From: Perna viridis
Taxonomy: Eukaryota
Reading direction: 5' to 3'
Length of the DNA stretch: 64,000 nt
NCBI GenBank assembly: GCA_037379345.1
Contig: CM074511.1
Location: forward strand, 13,082,001 to 13,146,000
Shown here: positions 26,479 through 39,700 of the stretch, piece by piece
How positions within the stretch are numbered: the first letter of the stretch is position 1
How the letters are laid out: each line of letters opens with the position of its first letter
The notes under the pieces: model-generated
What the model was told of the DNA's origin: nothing
The model's input: the letters and a program-made list of their open reading frames with translations, nothing else
Databases searched by the model: none
Made by a program: the position numbers and the translations under genes

Positions 26479-29400
26479 CTGCAATGAAAAAATATTCAAA
26501 CATTACATAAAACTCAAATTGATTTATATCTTTAAATATCCTGAAAAACTAAATAGAAGTTAACAACAATGCTGGTGTAATCAATAACGTCACAATGCAT
26601 CGGGTGCGAAATCAATGCAGTAATTACATTCAGAATCAATATTAATAACCTTATAACAAAGTCCCATCTCTTCCACCACCACTCTAGAGCAAAACTGAAG
26701 TTCCTGGTAGACAATGGTAGAAAAACATTATCAAATGGCAGATGGTTCTTGCTATATCCCCATGGATAATAAAATGGGGTTTAATCACTTGGAAAATAAA
26801 TTTACCAGTGGAGAAGTTTAATTACTGTGTCCTCCAACCGTGAACAGACAACAGAAGAATTACAAATATCTCTTGGTTCCCTTAATTGAAAACACTTCAA
26901 AATGCAAAACACAACTTCAGTTTTCTCTAGCTGTGACACAATTCCAGATGTTTAATTTGTTGTTTCACTGTTTTCTTGTGATGACACTCATGCTGTTTCC
27001 AGAGCACACGTTTTAGCATGATAAAATTGAAGATGTAAATCCATCTCTACATTAGACAACATGAATCATTCATGTTTTGCAATAAATGCATCACTTTGGA
27101 GGAAACTCATTATTTCTTTATAAACATTATACTACAAAGCCCATATTTTCTTTAAAGCTCCCAAAATAAAGCTAGAGTAACACTACTTTCATCTGATCAT
27201 GTTTTACATAATTACCAACAAAATCAAGTAGTGCAAATAACATTAAGCTATGTTAGTTCTTTTATATCATAGGTAAAATTTGCATAAAATTGGGCATGTG
27301 GTACATTCTGAAAGGTCAAAGTTGAAAATAGGGAAGTAACACATTGACTTTGCAATGGCCTTATCTAAGCTGAGCAGGAAACAAACTCAGAAAACAATCA
27401 GGCTCATTAAAACACATGACCTCAAATCTTCTATGTCAACAGAATGTTAAAATGTGATAAAAACTTTACTTTTCCTGCTCTGTGATATAACTGTTAATCT
27501 AGGATCAAAAGATAACATTTTATTTTCAGATAGGCTATAAAAATATGCTGAACTATGTTTATAAACTTTTAGCAAAGACATGAAACTTAAGATGAAACAC
27601 TCATTGGTGCCAAGAGCACAACCAAAAGGTAAATAATGATCTGACCCCAGTAATGTCATGGGCCAAAATTGAATGAAATGACTACATAGACCAAGTTCTA
27701 AAAAATTCTTATGTACCACTGAATTTCAAAACATGAACTTGACGAATTTCTAATTTTTTTTTAAAAAAGATAGCTGATGCAGTAAAATTTGTTCTTTTTA
27801 CTTATAATTTTCTACATTGCATACAGGAAATACACATGGCACTCAATTTCAATTTTCGATACACTTTTCTAAAGACCACTCAGCTAACAGTATTTGGCCA
27901 ACCTGGAATCAGAACTGCAATCAGATAACTTGCCTTGCCATTGAAGAGCGTCTTCAAGGTCAAAGGGTAAAAAGAGAAACTATACCAACCGCATTAGAAA
28001 AAAAGATTGCATCATCCTGATAAAAAACTAAATGTTATTGTTAGAAAAAGAATTACAGGTGACAGGTATAAATCCTTAATCATTTAGCATATGTTCTGAC
28101 CTCTTTGGCCTAACACAATGTTTCAGTAATAAGATATTTCCAAAACAATTTTCTTCACACTGAAGTTAAAAACAAAACTGATCAAGTAACATACTACAGA
28201 AACAGCAAAGATTTTAACATCTTTTTCATACCTGTTTGCATTCTATTCCCAAATGTTAAGGTTCCCTTATTATCAAAATATCATATTCATATAGATCATA
28301 TGTAAAAGAAAGGAGGTGAATAGAAATGCATTATGCATGACAAGATCAAAAGATGTTACATGTAAAAATATGCATTGTATAAAATGATGACGAGAGAAAA
28401 AAAAAGACAGTGTGAAAACTTACAGCTCTGCATAATTGAATAAGGTCCAAACCAATGAATGATCCAATGTAAAACCAATGTATTAAAAAAAAAGAACAAA
28501 AAAAAAAAATGAAAATTTCAAACTTCTCTATAATCCATCATTAACACTAATACAACCATAAAGAACTGACCAGCAGACCAAGAAATCCTTGTATTCTATC
28601 AACTGAATACAATGTTTACATGTCAAACGATCCCTATCTCCACCTGTAATCTACCTGCGGGTGAAAACCCTGCCATTATCACCCAATATGTAATTACTGA
28701 TAAAATAATAATAAGCTTATTCATATCTATAATTACTGAGGCATAATGTGGAGGGCTGTAAATACCCCCAAAAATAAAAGGGCATTTATACTGATCATAA
28801 CAGAACAAAAATATGCTCTCCTTTTGAATCTGCCGCTCAAATACGAAACTTGACCAATTAGGTAGAATTTAACAACAGATTATTGACATATGAAAGTAAA
28901 ACACCTAAATTTCTTTGCCTGTAAAGAGGCAGAAAATACAAACCAAATAATCTATGACATATACACTATACCTATTCTTGTTATAATAAGGAGCGGCCTG
29001 GGGAGATACACTGCATTTCTTTTGCATTACTTCTTCCTAATCTTAGTAAATTAGGTGATGGTCAAATTTTGTTTAAAGAAAGGAAACATAATTTGAAAAA
29101 CACACACATAGAAACAAAATTTGAGAATAATTTACTATTCATAGTTTAATTACTTCATTCATTTTGCATCATACAAAATGACTAACTTGAGAGAGAAAAA
29201 TAATAAAGAACAAAGGACACTTTTTACAATTAAAATAAAATTTTCTTACCAAAACTTTAAAGTATCCAAATAAATCCTATGTTTTTTCTATAATGAGTAA
29301 ATAAACACCATATGTATTATTTTAAGGTAAAACTTGCATCAGTTTGTGAGAATACACGACACAAATACAGTTACACCATCAAGAGAGCCAATCATAATGA

Positions 29401-32400
29401 GAGCATGTGTCACACGAGTCTTAACAGCTTCTAGTGACGATTTCCCATTGTCCTTAGCGTCATATTCTTAATCAATAGTCCTGTTATATTTATTCAATCA
29501 AACTGCTCATTCATTGGAAGAATTATTACAAGGTTAGAAAAGAAAAGTACAAATGATTATTGGATGGAAATACTTAAATTTGCATAAAATCAATTTTCAT
29601 TTCCCTGTTTTCTAGAGAAATATTAGTAAACATTGCACATAGTATAAAGAAACAATTGTGCCCATAAGTTACAACTTTAATGTCTAGGGATTTAGTATAG
29701 GAACTAATTCCAGTGCAATATGTTGATTAAATGCTTTCTAACAGAAAATAAGCCATTTGTAGTGTGTTGCTGGGAAACTGAGCACACCCCATCTTTTGAG
29801 AATGTCCACTTCAACAGTAGATGATGCAAAAAGTCAAATTGTCCACGAAACAAAAACTAAATTATATTCTAAGAATTCAAAGCAACATTGATATCATATC
29901 AAAATAATTTCTAAATTGGGGGCCAGGGAGTTTTTGGATTTTTTTTTTTTTATTCAAAAATTTTAACCAGTTTTTTGTTAGCTCAACCATGGACAGAAAA
30001 CAGTTGTAATAAATTTATGAATAATATAAAAAAAATATAAATCATTTTTGCACTTGCAAGAATATGTTTTTCTCTTTCAACAAAAAATTCCTAGCTTCCA
30101 TTGAGAAGAAATGGTCTGTGCCTTATCCAACCTCAACTTAGACAAAGTAACCAATGTGAACCAACAGACCTGTTGTCAATACACCTGATAACCTTCTACT
30201 AATTACTGATAGGTGATAGACAAATAAATACATTTCCAGGTCAATATTAGTCAGGGGATAAAAACATGTAAAGAAACTCTTGAACTCTTCAATGAGGCTC
30301 TTAACTTGACAGTCTTTGATTTAAGCAATGAATTACAGCATAAGTGTTCAACATGGTTGACCATAGTACAATGGGGTTGAACTTTGGTTACACAGAGAAT
30401 TTTAGTCAACCTTTCAACTTCACTTGTAAAATTGAAAATCAGCAAAAATTAAAATGTGAATAAAATTCCCTAATTTTATAAGTTTAACATTATTTATCCT
30501 ACATGAAGAGAACCTAGTTCAAGGAGAGAAAACATCTAACGTAGTATATTAGTTACTTCTATACTAATGTGTATTACCTGCCAGGCTAACAAAATATTAC
30601 TTTTGGTACACAGCCATTCCAACCACAGGTGTTCCATTTGTAAATGGTTTAAAGAAAGATTAATTTTTCACAACAATACCATAAAATCTTTTCCCTTCAC
30701 TTAAATCTCATAGAAAAACTTGAAATTTTTGTGTTGGCTCCAATGACATTAAGTTATGAATGGAATTACTGGTTATATAAGTTAGGAAGATATGATCATT
30801 TTTTTTAATTAATAGTCAAACCAACCTTTTCTAAGTGTGTCAATCAAATTATTGACACACCATTGTCTTTCAGCATGTATATATATTTGTTCACTCAGTC
30901 AAATAATAAGGTCTCAAATTCATACAAATTACGGTCAAAATAACAGTCAAGGCATTCTGTGTCTCGACCCACAGACTCCATTGTAGAATACTGAGGAGCA
31001 AAATATCTGTACATGTACAGTATATTACAAACTATGCTCACCTTTGTGGTTACAGTTAATTCTAAACTCATTTGATAGCACTGTAAGTCTTCTAAACATC
31101 TAAATGAACATTAATTGAATGTGTAATGGACCAAGAGCATGTATTAAGATCAAGTTATGGCCCAAAATAGTATTTTGCCCCAACTTGATCCTACTTATTA
31201 CTTTTGACATGAAACAAAATGACCACAAGAACCATAAGAAATACATCATACTCTGTATTTGTGGTAAAAATAATATTAATTGATAGACGCAGTGGAAACA
31301 ATATAGAGACACAAAACTGTGTTTTACAACAATATCATTAAATCAAATACCATCATCAATAAAAAATATAATAGATAACAGCATATCATGATAAAAATAA
31401 TAATTATTAAAACACAACCCATGAAGCAGCTGTGCAGAACAATTACATTGTCAGCAATGCAGATAACAGTCTAAAATATTAGTGCAGTAAAAATACTATC
31501 ATTTTTTTCCTTACTATTTCTGGTTAATTTATATAACATATTCTAATGTGCTCAAATAAGTGTTGATTATTAGTCAAGCGAATAAGTCTGCTGAGATTTT
31601 TATCTTGTACAGTACTCTTAGAAATACCTTAAATTTAAAAGTTTGGTTCAACTGAGGTGTAATTAAAGGCATTCAAAGTTCTTGAGGCTTATTTTTCCAA
31701 ATGATGGATGACCAGACACATTACACAAACAAACCTAACTAGCCTATTCCTGCTTGTGTATCATCCAGAAACCTCACTTTTCCATGATATTGTTATATCT
31801 ACCAGTAAGGACAGTACAATCAATCTATCTACCATCTGATGTCAAAATATTGTGGAAATTAATCATATAATATAGTTTCATCAAGAAATTAATTTACATT
31901 TGTTTCTATGGTAACATCCCTAAATGAAAGTTTTCCTAGGGTGATGATTTTATTGGAGAACAAGTGATTAAGTGCCATGTTTAGTTATCCAAGCTTGAAA
32001 TATTAACTAGTCAATATATTTAATGTAGCATATCAATATTGTTGCTTCCAAAGGCACCATTCTCTTTGGAAACAGGTGCCTTCCATAAGAAAAACATGGT
32101 TATTCTGTTGCCCATAGTAAAAATATGTTAGGAAATCCCAACAAGTCTGATCATACACATTTGTATACAAACATCTATGATATATATTTTGAAGAAGTAA
32201 CAAGGTGCATCCCATCAAAACCAAATATAATGGTAACTTAGATTCAAAAATTAACCAACAACCTGTCAAAACAAATGATGTCAACCTCTGTAGACTATAT
32301 AAACCTGGCTATACTGAACAAAAATGTTTATTATACAAGGGTTTCATCACTGGTACATTATTTCTATGATCTACATGGAAAGTAAACTTGTATTGCATCT

Positions 32401-32693
32401 TTACATTATCTAAGTGTAATGCTGTCACTGAGTCACATCAGTTTAACATCAAACTAAGTGAACACCTGGAGAAAATCCAAACACTACTGTACTTAGTCTG
32501 GATTATTGTCAACTATAAAGGATGCAATAACCTCTTCATTATATAAACATTCTAAATAATAAAGAAGTAAACAATTTAAACACAATCACTGAATCTAAAG
32601 ATTTTGTATGGAGTTCTCTTGCCATTTTGTGTTATCATTCCCCTGCACCAATGGAAGCATTATTAAAAACTTGCACTATATAGAGAGAACGTA

Positions 32694-32858
32694 ATCTGAA
32701 ACTCATAAAGAGTATGAATGAATTTGATCTGAAACTCGTAAAGAGTATGAATGAATTTGATCTGAAACTTGTAAAGAGTATGAATTACTTTGATCTGAAA
32801 CTGGTAAAGAGTATGAATGAATTTGATCTGAAACTCGTAAAGAGTATGAAAGAATTTG
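32694..32858. repeat. 33-bp tandem repeat, 5 copies (ATCTGAAACTCGTAAAGAGTATGAATGAATTTG)
   Basis: Units start at 32694, 32727, 32760, 32793 and 32826. This explains the repetitive spurious ORFs at 32663..32935. Confidence 0.92.
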
Positions 32859-34828
32859 GAAAAAATACATGATTTTATCTTTTCTGATTTTATGAACAGA
32901 GAGATTTTCACAACTGAACAATGTTCCCTTTTCACCTTCTGTCTTGATTGTTCTTACCTTTGGTTATAAATGTTCAAGGTCCAAAACAAGAAATCATTAA
33001 CTTATCCACTTATTAAGATACCATAAATTGTCAACTTTATAACTTTAAACCCAACAATAACAAGTACAAATGTTGTATAAAATATTTTGTCTTCTCTCCA
33101 CAACCTTACACGAACATCTGTTTACGACTGATCCCAATTTGCATGTTTAGTAAAAATCAAGTAAAAAATATATGTTAAAGTGTCATACAGGTGTAAATGA
33201 CACCTGACAATGTCTTTTTTTTATTTATAGGTCTGATTTTTATATAATCCCTCTAATCACTTATAGTAACAAGTCCAGTGACCTCAAACAATACTTTATC
33301 ATGTAAGTACCTCACCCACTAATAATAGGTCAAAATATTGGGTTTTATAGCTCAAGAGATGTTTTAAGTCATCCCTGACAAAAAATGTCATACCCTGTGT
33401 AAATCTGAGGCACATAGTTAGTTGGCAAGTCAAATCCACCAAGATATCAGATGTTGAGTCAGAAATGTAAAATATTTAATTCAATTTTAATGAGGCGAGT
33501 AAAGTTTACAATCTTATTTTAAAATCTTCATCTCTATTTGACAATCTGTCATCTAATTCTCTAAAACTAGCTATAAACCTAATTAAAGTCAACCTAAATG
33601 CTGTACATAAAAATTCTAACACATTAATACTCTTACAGAAAACATCTTACACAGATCTTGAGAAAGACCTTTTTTTATCAAATGGACCACCATCCAAACC
33701 TTCAATCTTTATCACAATATCATTTTGTCATATCAAGTCAAAATGCCCCTTACCTGAACATGTATCCAATTTCAAAAAAGGTATCCATCTGATCAAGACC
33801 ATTAAAATCCCCTATAATGATTATCTAGATCTGTCAGAGAAGTCAAACTGCCTCAGTCCAGAACTATCAGTAGTGTTCTTTTGTACAAAATGTGTGGCCC
33901 TAGACACTTCATGACTCAAAATAAATTAAGGTATGCATCTAAATACAGTGAAAGATGGGCGTGAATATGATAAATATGGTCTTTTTTAATCTATCAAACT
34001 TAATAATCCATGGTCAACCACACATATATGACCACATACAGGTTTTTAAAAATAGTTCTGACATTAAAAATCTGAAGAAGATGAACAGTATCTATCAAAC
34101 ATGATAGTATTGACCTCTAATGTACAATGTATAACTTCAGTGAGGAAGAAAAATAGTTTTTTTGGACGTGTAAATCTAAATCCAATGAGTTCCTACCTGG
34201 AATGTTTCAGACAACCAACATTGACATTTCTTGACAGTCGCTTCACCTTTAAAGTCTGGGTTTTGCCACTATTGTAGTTACAGAAAGAAAAGACAACCAA
34301 AATATAAATGTATGTTTCTGACAGATTAAATCCCATTTATTTAAAATTCCATTTTAAGCCATAGAAATCTTTACATCTGTACTTGAATGTTTAAACCAGA
34401 TTTACTGATTTCTGTAGTAAGTTAATTGCTGGGACTACAATCAGAGCCAAGTGGATTAGATTAGGCCCCTGCATACCTACAGCCAATATATACTCAGGAT
34501 TAAATCTGTCATATAGCCCTACAGCTTATCACAGCTTCCTTTCTGTGACAGACACACTGTTAGTCAATGTCTCTGTGTTGTATACATCTGGTTTATAATA
34601 AAAGCAACTCCTTATTTTATGTTAGTTTGAATTGGAAGGTCATGCTGGTTTTCTTTATTTTAAGTGCCAAACACCTTTAGATTAGGAGCAATGCCCTGTT
34701 AGGTTTATAGCAAAGGAGAAATGCAAGGTATCTCCATCAAATCATTTGGACCATAATTACAGATAAAAGTGGTAAACCTAATGCTGCTGCAAACTAATAA
34801 TTAATAAATAATTAATAATATATTGTGA

Positions 34829-34948
34829 ACAAAAACAATAATATTTACAGTGTACACTCACAAAACAAAAACAATAATATTTACAGTGTACACTCACAAA
34901 ACAAAAACAATATTTACAGTGTACACCCACAAAACAAAAACATTTACC
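34829..34948. repeat. 33-36-bp tandem repeat, ~3 copies (ACAAAAACAATAATATTTACAGTGTACACTCACAAA)
   Basis: Direct inspection of the sequence. Confidence 0.85.
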
Positions 34949-35765
34949 TGCAACAAGAGAAACTAAATATAATCCAGATTTTCCAAATAGAGAAATAATC
35001 AAAGTATATCCAAAACCTCAATATTTACACTAGTTCATAACAGGTACCATTGACAAATCAGACCATAGACCCAATGTCGATAGTCTATGATTAGTACCTC
35101 TAATTGGTAGTTGTAGTACAGTACAGGTACTTATTTCACTATAGCTCCAAGGTGAGTGATTGATGGATCAAAAGGGTTAGAGAACATGCCAATATTACCT
35201 CAGGACAGGTTTCTTTTGATTGATTTTGCAGATTAGAGTGTTTACCAAACAGGTTATTATTTTAAATATTGATGATCTTGTACATTTGTTTGACTGTAAA
35301 ACTGCCAGTGTAATAGCTAACAAAAGACCTACTGAAAGTGTCACCACTCAGTCTCTTGTCAACCAGGTGAAATTAAGGTATCAGACTTGGAATGATTTGA
35401 AACACAGCCTCATTTTTGCCATATAATGCTTTAGGAAGTATTATATAGCTGGTGGTTAAAATATAAACTAATTCATCCATCAGTTATAAATAGCTACAGA
35501 ATTATATTTTATGGAAGCTTTGAACATAATGAGTAATTACATGTAACATATGTAACATAACAGAAATTCAAATTATGGTGATGACTTTATAATTACATTA
35601 TCAAATTTATAACAAATACTAAATATGGAAGTTTTATATCTACATAAGTAGCATTTTTCTATATGTTAAGCCTATAATAAAAATTTAACTTGGCTAAAAT
35701 AAAACAATTGTAGCATTTCTTTCTGAATTTACAGTAATCAGCTGATTAATAACCAGATCTAAAAC

Positions 35766-36008
35766 GGAGTTAGTTCGGTAGCTTTATACCAGAAGAGTGA
35801 TGTCTCATAACAACCACCATTATGGAGTTAGTTAGGTAGCTTTATACCAGAAGAGTGATGTCTGATATCAACTACCATTATGGAGTTAGTTAGGTAGCTT
35901 TATACCAGAAGAGTGATGTCAGATATCAACCTCCATTATACCAGAAGAGTGATGTCTGATATCAACCCCTTTATACCAGAAGAGTGATATCTGATATCAA
36001 CCACCAAT
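35766..36008. repeat. 58-bp tandem repeat (3 copies) followed by two truncated ~35-bp units (TATACCAGAAGAGTGATGTCTGATATCAAC)
   Basis: Full units at 35766, 35824 and 35882; partial units near 35937 and 35972. Confidence 0.9.
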
Positions 36009-36754
36009 ATGCTCTAATAAATAAACAAACAAGACAGATAGCCTGTATCTCATTAGAAGTCTCCTTCAGATAGGTAATGACATTGTCATTTTCTTCCCCT
36101 ATACATGTTAAATGTTAAGCGCCATAATGGTACCAATCAATCATATTCATATTCCAATCATGCTTTAGCAGGAAGTGAAAACCCTTTACTTGATGAACCT
36201 TGATAAACAGTGTTGTTGTCCCCCAAAAATTGAAGTCCACAGGCCCCCTTTCTGTAACCACTAACTTGGAGTTAATTTTGAATCATCCCATCATTTGAAC
36301 AGCTTTGTAGACCACAGCTACTGATCAATAGGACTAGTTAAGCATGAAATATTGGATAAATAGGGCATAATCCAATTTATATAGGAAAACTATGGTGCAA
36401 GGAAGCTTGCATTATACTGCAGCAAATCAGCAGCCTTACAAAATACTCATATATTAAACACAGATTTTAATGGCCTAATAGGAAAATGATGGATTATTAC
36501 TAAAATTTGAGAGGAAAATGATCATAGTTATAAATGTTACAATGGTTCTAACTCTGTCATCAATAGTAGAAAAGATTAACACACAAGACACAACTGTAAT
36601 TAACTTATATGGAACTTACCCAGTACACAAAAAGATTTTAAAATATACACCGTAACATGGTTAGATCAAATGCCATTTTATTCCATCAGCATTATATTTG
36701 ACATACATACACATGCAGATAAAATGACACAAGTAAAAATAATGTCAACCTTAC

Positions 36755-36798
36755 CTCTTTGAAGCACATCTTTGCCTTAATTTACGTGTTTGGTCCAT
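36755..36798 (-). CDS. Candidate short alternative first exon MDQTRKLRQRCASK(S)
   Basis: ATG in good context (A at -3, G at +4), 14 codons plus AG, strong donor AG|GTAAGG. Phase 2 is compatible with acceptor 26478. Could be chance. Confidence 0.35.
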
Positions 36799-39700
36799 TA
36801 TTAATGAGGATACTTATTTCACATCAATTCTTCATTAATTTTAGATCATTTTTCAATTGTTTAATGTGAGTCACTTCCCTACTTCACAACAACTTTTGAG
36901 CATGTATAGATACATACAAGTGTCAACGTCCAAATTGGCTAAGTACCGGTACACAAGTACATGTACTGGCAAATAAATCCACTAAACGCAGTCACTTTGA
37001 CACATTAAAAACCAGAGCCTTACTTCCTTGACAAAGGAAAATTCTAGCATTTATCCTTGGCAAAAGCACAGCACAATATGAGTATAACTTCTTCCTCAAC
37101 CCAAAGCTAGTTTAACTGTGTAGGATTGACTTAGTAACAGACAACAAAACAGAGATGAATACTGACAATCATGCTTGAACATGGCCGTATTGACATCTTT
37201 CTCATCTTAGTCCTAATATTGCAGTTTTCAATGAAAACAATCAATCCAATTAACAACCACTTTCTGTCGGAATTTTTTCTGCAGACAAAATCAACAGTAG
37301 GGAGCGCTCTAAAAATCTATTTTAGCTATAAACGCTTGCAATAATCAATAGGGAAATCAACTATGTAAAATCTCCATTCGACAAAACTGAATTCCTCATG
37401 AGAGATGAAAGAACAGACAACACTACCATCAAGAAAATGTCAGTACATTTTTATATGTTTGTTTTTATCTCACTTTGGCACCAGTGCTATAATTTCAAAG
37501 TCAGATCACACATCACGATCAGTTAATTTTTTTTTCTTTAACACTATGGATCCCAAACTATTACATAATGGATCAATACTTCTTCATAATGATAATTAAT
37601 GATCTCTGTACATCAAACAATATTGGAGCATCATTAATGTTTTTTAAATATTGATTAAAGTCATTATATAGAAATCCGAAGTTATTACCCTAAAACATAC
37701 TGTATCTTATTAGAAAACTAAACAGAATGATTCAAAACACTAAGAACTAACCACACCTCATCCAAAATAATGATGATATAAAAGTGCTTTACCTTCAGCA
37801 GCAAGATAAATATAGATTTGTTTGTCAATTGATTCATTGAAAATGTTAAGCTTCTAAAGATCACTTCAAAATTATTAATACATCAGTTTAACTGATAGAT
37901 GCCAATCTTAAGGCTTCCTAGGGATCATTAGACAAGGACATTTTATGCCACATCTTACCATCAATCCAAAAGTTGGGTGTCACAAAAATACTTTGATGGA
38001 TCAAAGTTTGTGATCTCTAGAGTTTCCATTCATTTCTAAACTACAATTAGAACTTTTAACACACACACATACAATAAAGAGACACTCATATCATGTATGC
38101 TTGCTTTATTTGCCAATGATGCATTTGAAATAGCAGTAAAATTATATACAAGCCTCATCATCCCAAGGTTAAAGTATAGGAAGGATCTCTTTGCAATGGC
38201 CAATACATTTTCATGTGATGCATTTGAAATAGCTGACTAGTGAAATAAACATTAGATGAAAATTAAAATAAAAAATAATACAACATAATAAACCTTGAAA
38301 TCACAAAATTTCATTGCAGTCATAACAGGTTATTTCTGCCAGTTTCAGGTAGAATCATTAGTAACTGATAATTAACGACCTGTCAGGAAAAGTCTTACAA
38401 TATTATCTACAGTCATCCTACATTCTACTATGGTATGGTGGTATGTAGATAGTGGAATATCTGTCTGCCATATTCATCAACTTTATAAGGAAACAGGGTA
38501 ATGGATAAAATGGACAATCTTGAAAGCAAACAAAATCATGTATTAAGGATAAATGCCTGTCTGCTGCCTAGTTATCAACTTTTCCTCTGTAAACCTGCTA
38601 AAATGTACTGACCTGTAATACCTGATTCTGAACAAATTTTTAAAAGCTTGAGCCATTGGGCTGAGTCAAAAAGATGGAGAGAACAGCAAACACTGAACAC
38701 CCCTTGGAGCTGAACTTAGAAGAACTTTTTCCATAAAGTATAATCAATTATTAACTTCATTCATAATACTTTATGAATCATGCTTCATGTCCTGGAAATC
38801 TGATGATAAAAATTATATTGTGATCTCATCTATTAAAGGATAAATATCCGGGCAATTAACCACCATTTGGCAACACCAAAATGCATTTCATGGGTGGAAT
38901 ATATCAAAGATATTAATCCATCCATCTGATGTGGTCTAACAGTAACTGAAGAATTTCAGTCTCAAGAGAAGGAACCTAATAGGGATACCATATGCTTAGT
39001 AAATATTCAGACAATAGCTGTGGATATCAAACAAATGCCTTTAGGGAAGCAATATTACATTGTGTGTAATGTTATGGTTACACATCAATTTCACATGCTT
39101 TCTATACCATTAATCAAAAATAAGATGTTGGTGTGAATGCTTAATTTATACATGAGAACCGCTGACTACATCTGAGTTTCATTTCATCATTGCTACAACA
39201 AGATGCCAAAAGAAAAAAAACTTGACCTGCTTAACTAAATAAATATTAATCTGAACTCTTAAAGTTAAAGCATTATTTTCCAATAAAACAAAAAAAGGCA
39301 GACACTGAAAATCATTAACATAGAATCAAAACTGTTGCAACACTTAATATAGACTAGACAATATTCAATACTTCCCCCATTCATAATTTTTGTAATTACT
39401 ACACACAAATTCTGCCAAATCTTCCAGCAAATCACATAATAGTCTAACAAGACAGGACATAATAAAATGCTTATGGGCAACAAGCCTGTTTACTAATGAA
39501 CACGAAAAAAGCATTAAAATGTGTCGGCTTACCATAATATTCACCAGCAAACGCTGCCATGGCCTTGCCTTCCCTTGTACCTACTGAATGCCTATCTATC
39601 TAGATCTCATCATAGCTACACCTGGAGTTAGTATATATAGGTGTTTAATCAGTACAACCAAAATAATTACTATGATCAATACATTTCTCATTTAACTGTT

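Noticed and set aside
33754-33788. MDTFFEIGYMF plus CAG|GTAAGG, a phase-2 candidate first exon
   Set aside because: There is a nearby out-of-frame upstream ATG and no other support; it is within chance expectation.
32663-35002. Repetitive or Cys-rich small ORFs (32663..32935, 32703..32921, 34778..35002)
   Set aside because: They are translations of tandem repeats, not genes.
39533-39560. Perfect Kozak ATG (GCCATGG) MAAFAGEYY followed by donor G|GTAAGC
   Set aside because: It is phase 1, incompatible with the phase-2 acceptor at 26478 unless an unseen intermediate exon exists.
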